Source: Anthoceros angustus (Eukaryota > Plantae > Anthocerotophyta). From it: 64,000 nucleotides of DNA. The notes beneath the pieces are model-generated. The model was not told the origin of the DNA and did not search any database. It saw only the letters and a list, made by a program, of their open reading frames with translations. Positions 25,501-37,655 of the stretch are shown here, piece by piece. Every line of letters starts with the position of its first letter. Position 1 is the stretch's first letter. The DNA is taken from positions 744,001 through 808,000 of the forward strand of contig VJWM01000044.1 of NCBI GenBank assembly GCA_010909165.1, given 5' to 3'. The position numbers and the translations under genes were made by a program.

Positions 25501-28500
25501 ATTGGGCTCAGATGGAGGAGGTGCAGTAGAAGTAGGTGCTGGAGGTGGTGCGTTCTTAGGAGGAGGTGCTCGAGTTGGTGGAGAGGCTGGAGGAGGTGGA
25601 GATGGTGGTGGCTGTGAAGGTGGGGATGCAGGGGAAACTGGTGGAGGAGTAGTAGGTGGTGAGGAAGGAGGTGGACTTGGAAGCTGGGTCGTCGGTGGAG
25701 TTGCTGGTGCAGAAGGAGGTGGGCTTGACGGGGGTTGGGCAGGAGGTGTAGGAGGCGGAGACGAAGCTTTGGGAGGTGGAGTCGCAGGCTGTTGAGGAGT
25801 TTCTGGGGGAGTTGAAGGAGGAGTTGGTGGTACAGAAGGTGGGGAACTGGATGGGGGTGAAGCACCAGGGGTGACATCAGGAGGAGTGGAGTCCTTGGGA
25901 GGAGGTGATAGAACAGAGGGAGGTGGGCTTGGAGGCCCAGATGTTGGAGGAGGTACTGGTACAGTGGGAGGTGGGCTCGGAGGCCCAGAAGTTGGGGGAG
26001 TTCCTGGAGGAGTAGATGGAGGTGAATCTGGAGGCCCTGATACCGGAGGCGTGACTGTTACAGAAGGAGGCGGAGATGGAGGCCCTGACACCGGAGGCGT
26101 GACCGGTATAGAGGGAGGTGCAGATGGAGGCCCAGACGCTGGAGGTGTGACTGGTACAGATGGGGGCTCTGATGCTGGAGGAGTGACTGGTGGAGGCCCT
26201 GACACTGGTGGTGTGACTGGCAGAGAGGGAGGTGCAGAAGGAGGTCCTGCTGCTGGAGGACTGGATGGAGGTTCTACAGGAGTTGCAGGAGGAGAAGTGT
26301 CAGACGGAGGCGGAGACTTGGATGTTGGAGGAGCATTTGGAGGGGGTGCTGAGGGAGGACGACTGGACTTTGGTGGAGTTGTTTCCTGCAATGAAGGCGA
26401 GGGCGTATTAGACTTCGGTGGGTTGGTTGACTGCAATGTAGGAGATGGAGAATCCGACTTGAATGGAGGAGGAGTGTTCGAACGAGAAGGAGGTAGGGGA
26501 TTGGTGGGAGAAGGAGGTGGAGAACCCGGTGCTGGAGGCGGTCCTACAGGCACTGGTCCTTGAGTCTTGGGTGGTTCTAGAGGCGGAGAAGGCGGGGAAG
26601 AGGTTGAGGGTGGAGGAGCAGGAGGAGACTTGGCAGATGGAGGAGAAGCAGGGGGGGAAGCAGGAGGAGACTTAGCGGATGGAGGAGAAGCAGGTGGGGA
26701 AGCAGGAGGAGACTTATCAGACGGGGGAGGAGCAGGAGGAGAGTTGTCAGACGGGGGGGGAGCAGGAGGAGATTTAGCAGACGGGGGTACAGTGGGAGGC
26801 GACAACACGGGAGGAGGCAGATCAGGGGCAGGAGACGGCAATGTTGGAGGATGTGGCACGGGAGGAGGAAGATCAGGAACAGGAGGGGGCAATGTGGGCG
26901 CTGACAGTGTGGGAGGCGACACCACTGGAGGACGAAGATCAGGAACTGGCGGGGGCAATGCGGGAGGAAGATCAGAAGCAGGAGGAGCCAATTTAGGGGG
27001 CGACAACGCAGGAGCAGAAGTTTGAGAAGGCGGGCTTACACTTGGATCCGAAGGAGGTGCAGGCGCCGTGGGAACTTCTCCCAAGCCTCTGGGAGGATTG
27101 GTCCTGCCAGGTGCAGGAGTGATGACAGGCGGAGGTGGTGGACTGGATTTGGAGGAGGGCGGCAAGGCAGGAGGTGCAGGCGGTGAAGCATCAGAAGGTG
27201 GCGGGACATTAGGAGCAGTAGGAGGAGCTGGAGGTGACGCGGGGTCAGTGGACGGGGATGGAACAGGTGTGGCAGTCACAGGAGGAGGCGGGGGTGGAGC
27301 CGAAGGGATCGAGGGGGCCGTAGCAGGTGCAGGAGTGGAAGGTGGTTGGACATCAGGGGAAACAGGCGGTGGTGGTGGAGGTGCCCTCGAAGGAAACGAC
27401 GGTGGTGGAACATCAGGGGAAACGGGAGGAGGCGATGGAGGCGAGTTGGAAGGGATGGTCGGAGGTGGAACATCAGGGGAAACGGGAGCAGGCGCTGGAG
27501 GCGATTTGGAAGGTATGGTTGGAGGTGCAACATCAGGGGGACCAGGCGGAGGCGATGGAGGCGATTTGGAAGGGACAGTCGGAGGAGGGACATCAGGGGA
27601 GACAGGAGGAGGAGCCGGAGGCGACTCGGAAGGAGTCGACGGGGGTGGAACAGCAGGGGAAACAGGGGGAGGAGATGGAGGCGATTTGGAAGGGATGGTC
27701 GGAGGTGGGACATCAGGGGAGACAGAAGGAGGGGCCGGAGGCGACTCGGAAGGAATCGACGGAGGTGGAACATCAGGGGAAACAGGAGGAGAGGCTGGAG
27801 GCGACTCGGAAGGAGTCGACGGGGGTGGAACATCAGGGGGAGGAGGAGGAGGAGCTGGAGGCGACTTGGAAGGAGTCGACGGGGGTGGAACATCGGGGGG
27901 GACAGGAGGAAGAGCTGGAGGCGATTTGGACGAAGGAGTCGACGGCGGTGGAACGTCAGGACTCACAGGGGGAGGCGGCGGAGGCGACTCGGAGGGAGTC
28001 GACGGGGGAGGAACATCAGCGCTCTCAGGAGGAGGCGTCGGCGGAGTGGGTGATAGAGACGGCGCTGCAGGAGGCTTCACGGCAGGGGGAGGGGGAGCAG
28101 GCGGGGACTCCGCAGGGGCGACGATGGAGGAGTCGCAGGAGGTGATCGAGGCGGAGTCTCGGGAGGAGGAGCAGCAGCCGACTTGGACGGAGGAGGGATA
28201 CCATCATCGGAGCCTGAGGGACTGGAGGCGGGAGGAGAAGGAGGAGGCACATTCCTAGAAGGCGGAGCAGGAGGAGCAGACGCCGGAGGAGGAGAATCAA
28301 CAGCCACAGGTACCTGTGCAGGGGGCCCCGAATTGGACGGTGCTTGCAGCATCCGCCGATGCAGAGCATGCGTTCCCACGCCTGCGCCACACAGCCAACA
28401 CCACACCAATCACAAAATGCACCATTCCCCGTCATCTTCACAAGACAAGCACATCAGAATCCAGCGTCATCCAATACTCAATCCAATCTAATCCAATCCA

Positions 28501-28588
28501 AGTCCGGCATCCTACCTCCCGCCGCCCCGCCACATCCCTGCAGCTGCAGCACACACAGCAGCAGCAGCGCCGCTACCAGCCGCAACAT
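22539..28588 (-). CDS. Extensin-like/ALE2-related receptor-like Ser/Thr kinase (At4g02010-type) with very long Pro-rich ectodomain; two apparent 1-bp frameshifts in exon 2
   Basis: Signal peptide exon 28588-28516 ([24 protein letters not shown]); Pro-rich exon 28381-24907; Cys domain exon 24810-24388 (CGC..CGCIYPI); [25 protein letters not shown]; kinase motifs [29 protein letters not shown]|YVAPE; C-terminal SEDLREGR. Confidence 0.92.
27340..28022 (-). repeat. 60-bp coding tandem repeat (~11-12 units) in the RLK ectodomain
   Basis: 20-aa units such as [20 protein letters not shown]; DNA unit ...gcgactcggaaggagtcgacgggggtggaacatcagggga... Confidence 0.9.
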
Positions 28589-28992
28589 AGCTCGCCCCCG
28601 CAACACAGTCCTGGTGCTGCAGTCCCGATCTTGGCATCAAAGGCGCGGCCCCGGCGCATCCAGGCCCCCGGCTCCCGCATCCACACGCCAACGCCAATGC
28701 CAGAGGCGCGCAAACCGGAATATCATGGAGCTGGAGCGCGCAGCTGCAGCTCCTGCTGCTGCTGCTGCTGCTGCAGCCTAGGCTCCTTTCACAGCAATCC
28801 AAACCTACCTCGCACTCTGCAGCGCAGGATCTATCCTATCCCCTATCCCCTATCCCAGCCCCGCCCCGGCCTGCACACACCAGCTGCCAGAGGCTGAGGT
28901 AGCTCAGCCTGCCCGGCTGCCAATGCCATTGCGCCATCGATCCCTTCCCAATCCCCTTCCGTCCCTGCACGATCCGCACTTCCTCAGACTCT

Positions 28993-29095
28993 GAGACGCT
29001 CGAGACGCCGTTGAGACGCTCCTGAGACGCTGGCGAGACGCTGGTCGCACGCTGGTGAGACGCGGACGAGACGGCGATGAGACGCGGATGAGACG
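28993..29095. repeat. Degenerate 11-bp tandem array with GAGACG core upstream of the RLK
   Basis: GAGACG at 28993, 29002, 29013, 29024, 29035, 29057, 29068, 29079, 29090. Confidence 0.8.
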
Positions 29096-32000
29096 CTGCC
29101 TGCTCGCAAGCTGTAGACTAGCCTTGGCCCGGCCTCGCCTGCGTCTGCCTGGCTCGCTGGCTCGCTGGCTCGACTGACTGCAGCAGGCGGCAGGCCCCGT
29201 GCCAAGGCGCCTGGAGCCGAGCCCAGCTGCCCGCAGCCCGCTGCCCGCTGCCCGCTGCCCGGCCCAGGCTAGGTCTGGACCGGACTGTAGGACAGCTGTT
29301 TCGCCGGTTGCGCCGGGGAGATGGGCTCCTGTCCATGACACACACTTGTCTACTGTGCCGCTTTGTCGCCAAGCGGACGGAACTATCCTTCCAGCGCGCT
29401 TTACATTACTAAGCGCGTTAATCGCTGGACCAGGACCGGCCCGGCCGGGGCCTCTGGTTTTTCAAACTCCCCTCCCCGGGCCCCAGGGAAGCCACAGGCT
29501 CGGGTTCATGGTTGATATAGGCGCCATAATGAAATCCCGGGCGGGGCCCGGGCGCCAAGTGTCCCCATTGCCCGCGCCCGGCCCGGCACGCTCACCCCGC
29601 ACCGGCACCGTGCCAGTCGGCATCATGGCGGCGGGGCCATATAACGGAACGGAGCTGCTCTGGCTCGTGCGCCAGGTATTATTGCGGAGTGCTGCTTCCA
29701 CGTCCCTGCCGGAGCCCCCGTTGCCCTTTCTTGCTGTCTCGGAATATGTAACTGGCAGCTGGAAGCAAGCAAGCAAGCAAGCCAGCGAGCAAGCAAGCCA
29801 AACTGCTGTACTGTAAGTAGGCTGATGAAACACCATGACCATATGTATGTGATGGATGTATGGAGTGTATGTAGGCACATACATACCTGGAGACCCATGC
29901 ATGTTGTTGCCAAATGTACGCAACTCCAGCAGCCTTATGAGCTGGGAGTGAGCTGGTGATGACCGCCCTCTGTGGGTGTGGCTCCGGATCCCCTCTTGAC
30001 TTTGCTACTGCCGGCTCGGGGCCAGTTGTGATATGTGTGCTGGAATGGGATCCTGGTGGCATCACAAGGCCGGAGCAAAGTGAGACGTCTGTGCCTGATG
30101 TGTGATGAAGGAGGCGCCTTCTCGGACGACGTGTGGGTCTTCCTTTCTCCCCGCCCAAGGCCTTGGCTATGGCATGTTCATATGTGCATACGTCCATACG
30201 TTTCTAGCTGGGTTGTTACCAGCTTGCACATGGGCTGCATAATGTGCAACATTCGTGAATCTTGTGCATGCGTGGATAATAACATACTTACCTTGGTGTG
30301 TGGTTGTGGGTGCTATTGGTGGGGAGCATCACAAGTGAAGTCAGCCAGGAAGTCCGAGGGTTGCTGTAACTGAGCTGTCGGGAGTGACGGGAGCTGTGAT
30401 TACTTGTATGCATTAGGCAGCTGGTGAGTGTGAATCGTAACCTTGTCTGTACATATGCGGTGTGCAATGTGCATACCGATGTGGCAGGGATGTCAGCCAG
30501 CAGTACGACTGCCAGTTGCTTCCCATTCTCGTCGGCTATTGGAGTCTGGAGTTCAGCCAGTCTGTGGAGGAAAGGTACGTCCCACTATTTCATCACAGTC
30601 TGACTCCTGCGACCGCCTGCCTTACAGCTTTTTATTCTCTCACCTGCTGTGATATTTTAGCCAGGGTATCCAATTGCCTAACAAGAGGAGGGGACGGGGA
30701 CCTGGAGTTCTGGACCTGCAACTTCCGATGCACCAACTTCATTTATCAAGCCCCGCACCCACTTTGCATGGCATCTACAGACGACACCCTGGCATTCCCG
30801 CTCTGTTTCCCAGAGCCATTCCCACCTTACGTTTGAATCCTTGCCATGACGTCAGGGTCGGATAGCAGCATCTGAGAATCCTGAGAGCAAAGGATACGTA
30901 TGTGTATATCTATCCTTTGTATAATGAAGCCACTGGGAGATGCGACTCGAGCAGGAAGAGGGAAACCCTAGCTCTCATGTGACTGACTGACAGCCAGCTG
31001 AAGGGGGAGGATGGGGGACGACGGGCGCCACTGGACTTGCCCAGTCCCTGTGCATGTCAACTTCCTCCACCTTCCCGGATGTCGTGGAGTTGAACTTCCC
31101 ATGCCCCGAGAAGGAGGCAACCTTTTGCATCCTGCAAGCATAGGAAAGGAAACGCCACAACAAAGCTGTAGGTTCTCGTGAAGGAAGGAGCCTTTCCAGC
31201 AAATCCCATCGTGTAATGTCAGACTCCATGTTGTGAGAGCGAGAGGTGCTGCGTCCTCATCACCATCACCGCCCGAGCTGTGACAACGCATGCCATACGC
31301 TGCCGGTGCGAGCCTAAGGCCGGGTGTGCAAGGTCCGAGAAACCCGAGTCTGGAGTACCCGTTTCCCGGAAGCGAAGGACGGGGCTCGCAAAAAAGCGAA
31401 GGTCCTGCGAACAAGTACTGTAGCACACTTGCTTTTCTCTTTCTCCGCTCGCTCCTGTTGCCGCTGCTCCGCTCCCGCCCGAAGATGCCAGCCCGCCTCT
31501 TGCTCGTCGCAGATTTCGCAGATTTGATTCTCCTTGTCCTGCGCAGGTGGAATCATGTGGAGTTCCGCTTTCGTTCCCGCTCCTGATCGCCTGCGCTGTC
31601 CGCGGTTGCTGCGTCTCCGGTCAGGGTTTTAGTGCCATCTTTGTGGCACCTTGGAGCCGGCTGCGGGGAACGTCTCTGCCGCATTGTGAGTGAGGATTGG
31701 CGGCATTTGGCGGGCGGAGCCGCGGTTTTTAGGAAGATTGGAGCTTGCGGGCTACGGGTGTCCTCTATCTATGCCTTTCTTGTGAGTGAAGTGAGTGCGC
31801 AGCTGTTGTGCATCATCGGCCGTGGTCGGGAGCTGTCATGGATCTGCGGCAAAAGTATATTGCAAAGACATACGATGAGTGGAGAATGAGCTGCATTGGA
31901 CTCATGACTCATGTTTACGGATGTTGTTCTTGTGGCGTTGAGTCCAGTCTCGTGACATTGCTGTCAGCTGAGCTTGTTGTGGTGTCCCGTCTCGCAGGAA

Positions 32001-32184
32001 ATCGAAGGAGCTGAGGGAGCGGGGTTGTTTCCATCTGCTTGCGAGCAGCCTGCCGTGCTGTGTATTCAACCGGGCAAGGTTGCTCAGAGTATGAGCCGGG
32101 CGCCCTGATCAGCTGTCCAGGCGCTGTTGTCGGCGGATGTGATACACTCACACCTTTAAGGCTCGGATCTACAGACTTTTGCAT

Positions 32185-33927
32185 ATGTCTATCAGTGAGT
32201 TGCAAGAGCAAAATGCTGCGGCAAGGGCGGATGTGCGTAATCTTAGGGAGCTGCTGCAGCGGCGGCGCCTGGAGCTAGCTGATATGGACGGTTCGTGCTG
32301 TGCTTTTTCCAATTGAATGACGTTGATGTCGTCTTATTCTGAAGCGCTGCCCTCGTCGTAGCGCTAGTGAAGTATGTGTCGCTGAGGTTGTGTTTGTATG
32401 CAGTCGTGACTTATGCGAGGATGGATGGCCGATCCATTATTGATGGAGAGCGATTCTCTCGTGACTTCAAGTATGTTAGAACACTTCAGGGGCACACAGG
32501 CAAGGTAGGGGTTTGCCTTTAGCGTGTAAGCTCTTCTCCGTGTTGTGCTACCGTAGCGTGCCACAGTGTCTCGCCCTAACAGCGTTTTCTTCGACATTGC
32601 CAGATTTATTCACTTGATTGGTCACTCCGCGAAAAGAATCGCATTGTCAGTGCCTCTGGAGATGGAATGCTTATTGTTTGGAACGCCCTAACAAGCCAAA
32701 AGATTCATGCAATAAAGCTGCTCTGTGCTTGGGTAATGGCCTGTGCATTTTCACCGGGAGGCGAAAGAGTTGCCTGTGGTGGACTGGACAATTGCTGCTC
32801 TATTTTCAACTTGAATGCCACACCTGACAGAGATGGAAATTTGCCCGTTTTCAGAGTGCTGACTGGCCACAAGGGCTACCTATCCTGTTGCCGTTTTGTA
32901 CCTGACCAAGATGCTCATATCATCACAAGTTCTGGGGATCAGACTTGCATGCTTTGGGACGCAGAAGCCCAACGCCGAATTGCAACATTCGGTGGTGACA
33001 CTGGTCCAGGCCATACTGGGGATGTCATGAGGTGATTTTAGGGTCCTGTTTCCCCCTTTTTGGATTGGAGATTATGGACGAGGTGGTTTGTCTTGTTGGT
33101 GGAATGCTGGAACCGGTGTTTTTGTTGCGATGGCGAGCAGATTTATGTGTCGACTAATTGGCAGAATGATCTGTTTGTGACTGTTCTTGTTTCCAGTGTA
33201 TCAATCAGCTCGCTCAATTCTAGGATATTTGTTTCGGGTTCCTGTGACATGACAGCAAGATTGTGGGACACCCGAATTGCAAGCAGAGCAACGCACACTT
33301 TTCATGGTCATACGCAAGATGTGAATGCAGTACAGTTTCTGCCCGATGGACTCAGCTTTGGAACTGGTTCAGATGATGGCACTTGCAGAATCTTTGACAC
33401 CCGCACGGTTCATGAGCTACAAAGGTATCCAGATCCATATGCCACTGGGATGGTTTCAAACCCCGTTCGAGATCGTGGACAGGTCACCTGCATGGCTTTC
33501 TCCCACTCCGGGCGACTTATGTTCGCAGGCTACTCAAACGGTGCCTGTCTGGTGTGGGATACAATAATGGCTCAGGTCAGGGGTTACCTTACGGATAGGA
33601 TAGATTTCTTTGCTGTGTTGGTTACTGAGCAAGCTGCTGTGTTGGTACCCTGCAAGATGTACAAGCTCACATCTCCTCTGTTCGGGGTGCGTTTCAGCCT
33701 ATCCATGACTTGGGAGCATCTCATAGGAATCGAGTAAGCTGTCTTGGAATGGCATCTGATGGAAGCGCCCTTTGCACTGGAAGCTGGGACGCCTGCCTCA
33801 AGGTAATTGGTGCCTGTCATGTCTCATTGCGCAGAGGAGGGAGAGCAAGTAGCAAGGTTTCAGAAGAATTCCGGCTGATTATGTGCAGGTCTGGGCGAGC
33901 GATCTGCAAACGAGGGGACAGCAATAA
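32185..33927 (+). CDS. AGB1: Heterotrimeric G-protein beta subunit (WD40), 6 coding exons
   Basis: Exons 32185-32290, 32404-32504, 32604-33031, 33197-33575, 33698-33802, 33889-33927, all GT-AG and in phase; MSISELQE.., RTLQGHTGK|[48 protein letters not shown]. Confidence 0.95.
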
Positions 33928-34310
33928 CACTCAACTCGCTCTTACGAGCCTCAGTGCGGTGCGTGGACGTTTTTACCTCCGGAAGACCTCTGAACAGTCA
34001 TCTGCTACCTGCTCACAACTTATGGAAGTACCCGGCATGACACTTGGCCTAGTAACCGCAGCATGTAGCTTATGATCGAACAGGAATTTCATCATTCCAC
34101 GGTTTCCGAATAGGCGTGGTTTCAACTTGATGAACGTCCCCTCCTTGTAGCAGTTATCAAATGTTGTCGTTACAAAGTCTATTGTATGTTCGTGAATTCC
34201 AATCCCCTTTTACCTGAGTGGTTAGATTCGTAAGTTGTAAAACGTCATGCCCACCTATACCAGGTCTGAACTGTTGAGGGACAGACCAGGCAGAAGAATC
34301 GTCTGCATGG

Positions 34311-36348
34311 TTAAAGCATGGCTTTTATCTGTACACCGGTGTCCTGCTCCCTTTTAGTGTCCTTTAGAGTGTCGGCCACATGCGCAACAACCCCTGCCCC
34401 TTCGTAGTGCATCCACTCGTGCTTCACCTGCAGCGGACAAGCAAACAACTGACTACGTACACCCACATTCAAGCTTCTGCTGACGAATCACGGACGATAA
34501 TCGGCTTACGTGAATATTGTTATGGGCCAGGTAGGGCCACAAAGTAGCATGAAAGCTCACATCCACCTTTCGCCAGCCAACTCGCTGCAAGCCTTTGATC
34601 ATTTCCTCTGCATGCCACACAGCTGATGAGAGCCACCGACTACCAGGACAGCACAGCCAGCCGACCATTCCCTTGGGCAGCAATTAACTTCTAACCTTCC
34701 AGCTTGTCATGATAAGAAGCTTCGGTCTGGCTAGTTGGAGTGGTCTGTGCGGCCTCCTTGGCTTTAGCACCGTCTTCCCCGAAGCTGGGGGAACTGCTCT
34801 TCACTGGAGCGCAATCAACCACCCTCACCACGTGCTTGTACCCCTTCAATGACTGCTTGGGAGGCTGGACGAATAGCGTTGCGTTGCATGCGAACCGCTT
34901 TATTTCTCAGAAATCGATACTAAGAACCTGCAAAGGTTTGGTTACAGAACGGGATCGCACCTTAACCTCGGTTTCTCTCCGGATTGACGAGGTGCGCCAG
35001 CCTACCAAATCTGGGACAAGTCAAGTCAAGGAGACCCTACTCTTTGCAGCTTAGTCTCAGGCAGCTAGCTTGTTCAACCATGGGCTGTGCAGCAAGGATA
35101 CGATCGTAGCTCACATTCGCGTACAGCACCCGCAATTTGAAAGCCCGCAATGCCGATCTGCAGCATGACACAGCAACAGAAACGCCTTTCAGGGCCAATC
35201 AAGTAGAAGCAGAGGAGAGGAGAGGAGAGGAGATGAGAGGAAAACGGAAAAGGGGAAAGGGGCAATAATGAAGCCCACATCAACGCACATGAATTTGCCC
35301 TCCTCGGCATCTGAAGCCATCCGCAAGAGAAGAGGTGGGTCTTTAGCTTTTCCATCTGTCAGAAAAAGTTGTCGTCCAGTGCGTCCGACTAGCAGAGGAG
35401 CCAGGGGCGGCACAAGCTTCTCCAGGACAGGGACCCCTAGGAGGATGGGTAGCTGGGCAGGTCAATTACATCAACGTGGTGTGTGAACTCCAGTCCAAGA
35501 AAGAGGATTCAGACGGTAAAACTGCGTTACATACACGCACTCCCTCACCTGGTTCTTTCCCCTCACTCCAAGATGTGGGGTGGCGAGAGTGATGAGGGTG
35601 ATGGGTTGCAGTCCCGCAATGGTGCCAAGAGGCCCATGCCTCTCATTCTTGCCGTTGCCATCACGAAGCGCTGCAGGTTCGTACAAATCAGCAATCGCGT
35701 ATCGGGTAAAGAGGCCTCCCAGCGAGTGCGCCACAAACGAGATCTTCTTCAGGCTAGGATTCTTGGTGACAACCTGGCGAATCTGCACGGTGAATGATAA
35801 AAACCCAGTGATTCACATCTTGCTCCATCTTCCTCTCGGGTGACAGCGCAACAATTCAGAGTGCATGGAACACAAGCACATGAGGAGAATCACCTCATCC
35901 GCGAGACGTTTTCCCGAGGTGTCGATACCAGTAAGAGTCTGGAGATACGAGTTGACACTGCTAGCTGTGAAGCAGCAGTGAGCCAATATGTTAGCAAGAC
36001 AAGCCCACATCCGATACACAACCATAAGCGATGAAGCAGCCAGACATGCCATAAGCATCTCACCATGGATTAGGTAGCTGGTGCCCAGTTTACCCGTCAG
36101 CTCTCCTTGCACGTATCTCCAGTCCTTCGCGCTGGATGCAAAGGATTCATTCATACAGACCCCCTTCTGGCCATGATGATGCACCTGCTACAGGACGGCT
36201 GTGGAGCATACCTGGCAAGAATTCCGTGGACAAGCACTAAGAGATGGTCGGGTAGTGCATCGGAGCCTTGGGTCTTCACAACCCCATCCACACTCCGACT
36301 CATCGCAGACATGGAAACATGAATTCCTGCCTTCCTGCTGCCAGCCAT
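34311..36348 (-). CDS. DUF676 (putative lipase/serine esterase, ROG1-like) alpha/beta hydrolase; 5' end uncertain
   Basis: PDHLLVLVHGILA, TGIDTSGKRLADE, KISFVAHSLGGLFTRYAI (nucleophile elbow), TLATPHLGVRG, GRTGRQLFLTD, GWRKVDVSFH, AHNNIH|VKHEWMHYEGAGVVAHVAD. Confidence 0.9.
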
Positions 36349-37655
36349 TGCCACAGACTTCAGAATGTCTGAGTACCACGAACCACAATGAACGAAATTG
36401 AGGCGGATCCCACCATCAGTGCCGTGGAGTGCTCAGATTACCGGGTGGCTGCAACAACCAAGGCTCCCACAGCCTCAACCACCCCCAAGATTACAAGAGT
36501 CCCGTAGTAGACAACTAATTGCAGAATCCCCATTGCACAACAGCAGAGGAACAACAGGAATTGTTGAATCAGATCAGAATCCCAAATCAAATCCCAGCCC
36601 CAGCCCCAACCCCAACCCCTGCTTCCTTGCCCCTGGCCCGGGGAAGTTGCGAATCAGAAGTCAGCTGCATTCTTCGTACTAGGAGGCCGATGTGTCCTGC
36701 CTCACTTGTCACACTTCCCGCAGAGGGGCTAGGTCCGGCAGAATCGAGACGTACCGGTAAGGATTGGGACGGAGGACACAACACAGAGTCCTTACAAGCT
36801 GCTGGAGGACGAGAAATTCCAAGGAATCCCATTTCAAACACAAGCACAATCGCAGACGGAAGGGCAAGACAGCAACAGTACGACGTCTACGGGCAGCGGG
36901 TGAGAGAATCTCACTAGTCCGTGGCGCAGCGACGGCGATGCTGAGGCGGCGGCCACCAGAATGCGGCACTAGCAACTGACGATTCCGACGGAAGGTCGCG
37001 CTTTAAAAGCAGAAGCGCCTGGAGATCCCGGTCCCGGGCCCTGGTCCGATCCCCGATCCCATCCCTCCTCCTCCCAAACCCAACGACCCCAGCAGGAGCA
37101 GGAGCAGGAGAAGAAGCAGGAGAGGGAGCAGGCGGCGGGAGGAGAGCCGCACTTGAGACATGGCGGCAGCTGCAGCTGTAGATAAAAGCTGGGCTCCGAG
37201 AAATTCTGGTCTCAGCGTTTGCGTAAAGAGCAGGCCGCGGCGAGGAAACGTGGAGGGCTGGACTTGGCATGGGCACCAGCATGCCCATCGCCCTCGCCCT
37301 CGCCCGCTCCTGCTGCTTGTGCGCTTCACCATTTCAGGCACTTCCATGGTACTTGCCTTGTCATCGGCGCGGTTCCCGCTTTCCGTCACGGCTTTGTCTG
37401 GCCCCGAGCATGGCCATTGGTTTCCCTTCACGCACGTCGGAAATGTGATCGGTTCGTTGAGCCCATCTGCAGCTGGACGCGCTTCCAGATACTGGGAAAT
37501 GGGCACACGTGAGGTTTGCACATGTTTAGCACCATTTAAGAAGGAGCTGTACATGAGACAGGTGCGTTTGCTCAATGAATCTTGCAATGTCTAAGATAGC
37601 CAAACAGGCTGACAAAAAATGGACAATGGCCTCCATGGTTTGGTTGAGAGGGTGA

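Noticed and set aside
24792-28258. Long Gly-rich, Arg/Trp-rich and His/Leu-rich ORFs overlapping the RLK
   Set aside because: Antisense or alternate-frame shadows of the CCN-rich proline exon; they shift frame at the same points.
36914-37594. Separate small gene or signal-peptide exon between DUF676 and MATE
   Set aside because: The Leu-rich frame hits a stop at 37003 and no family motif is evident; it may be the DUF676 5' region, but I could not resolve it.
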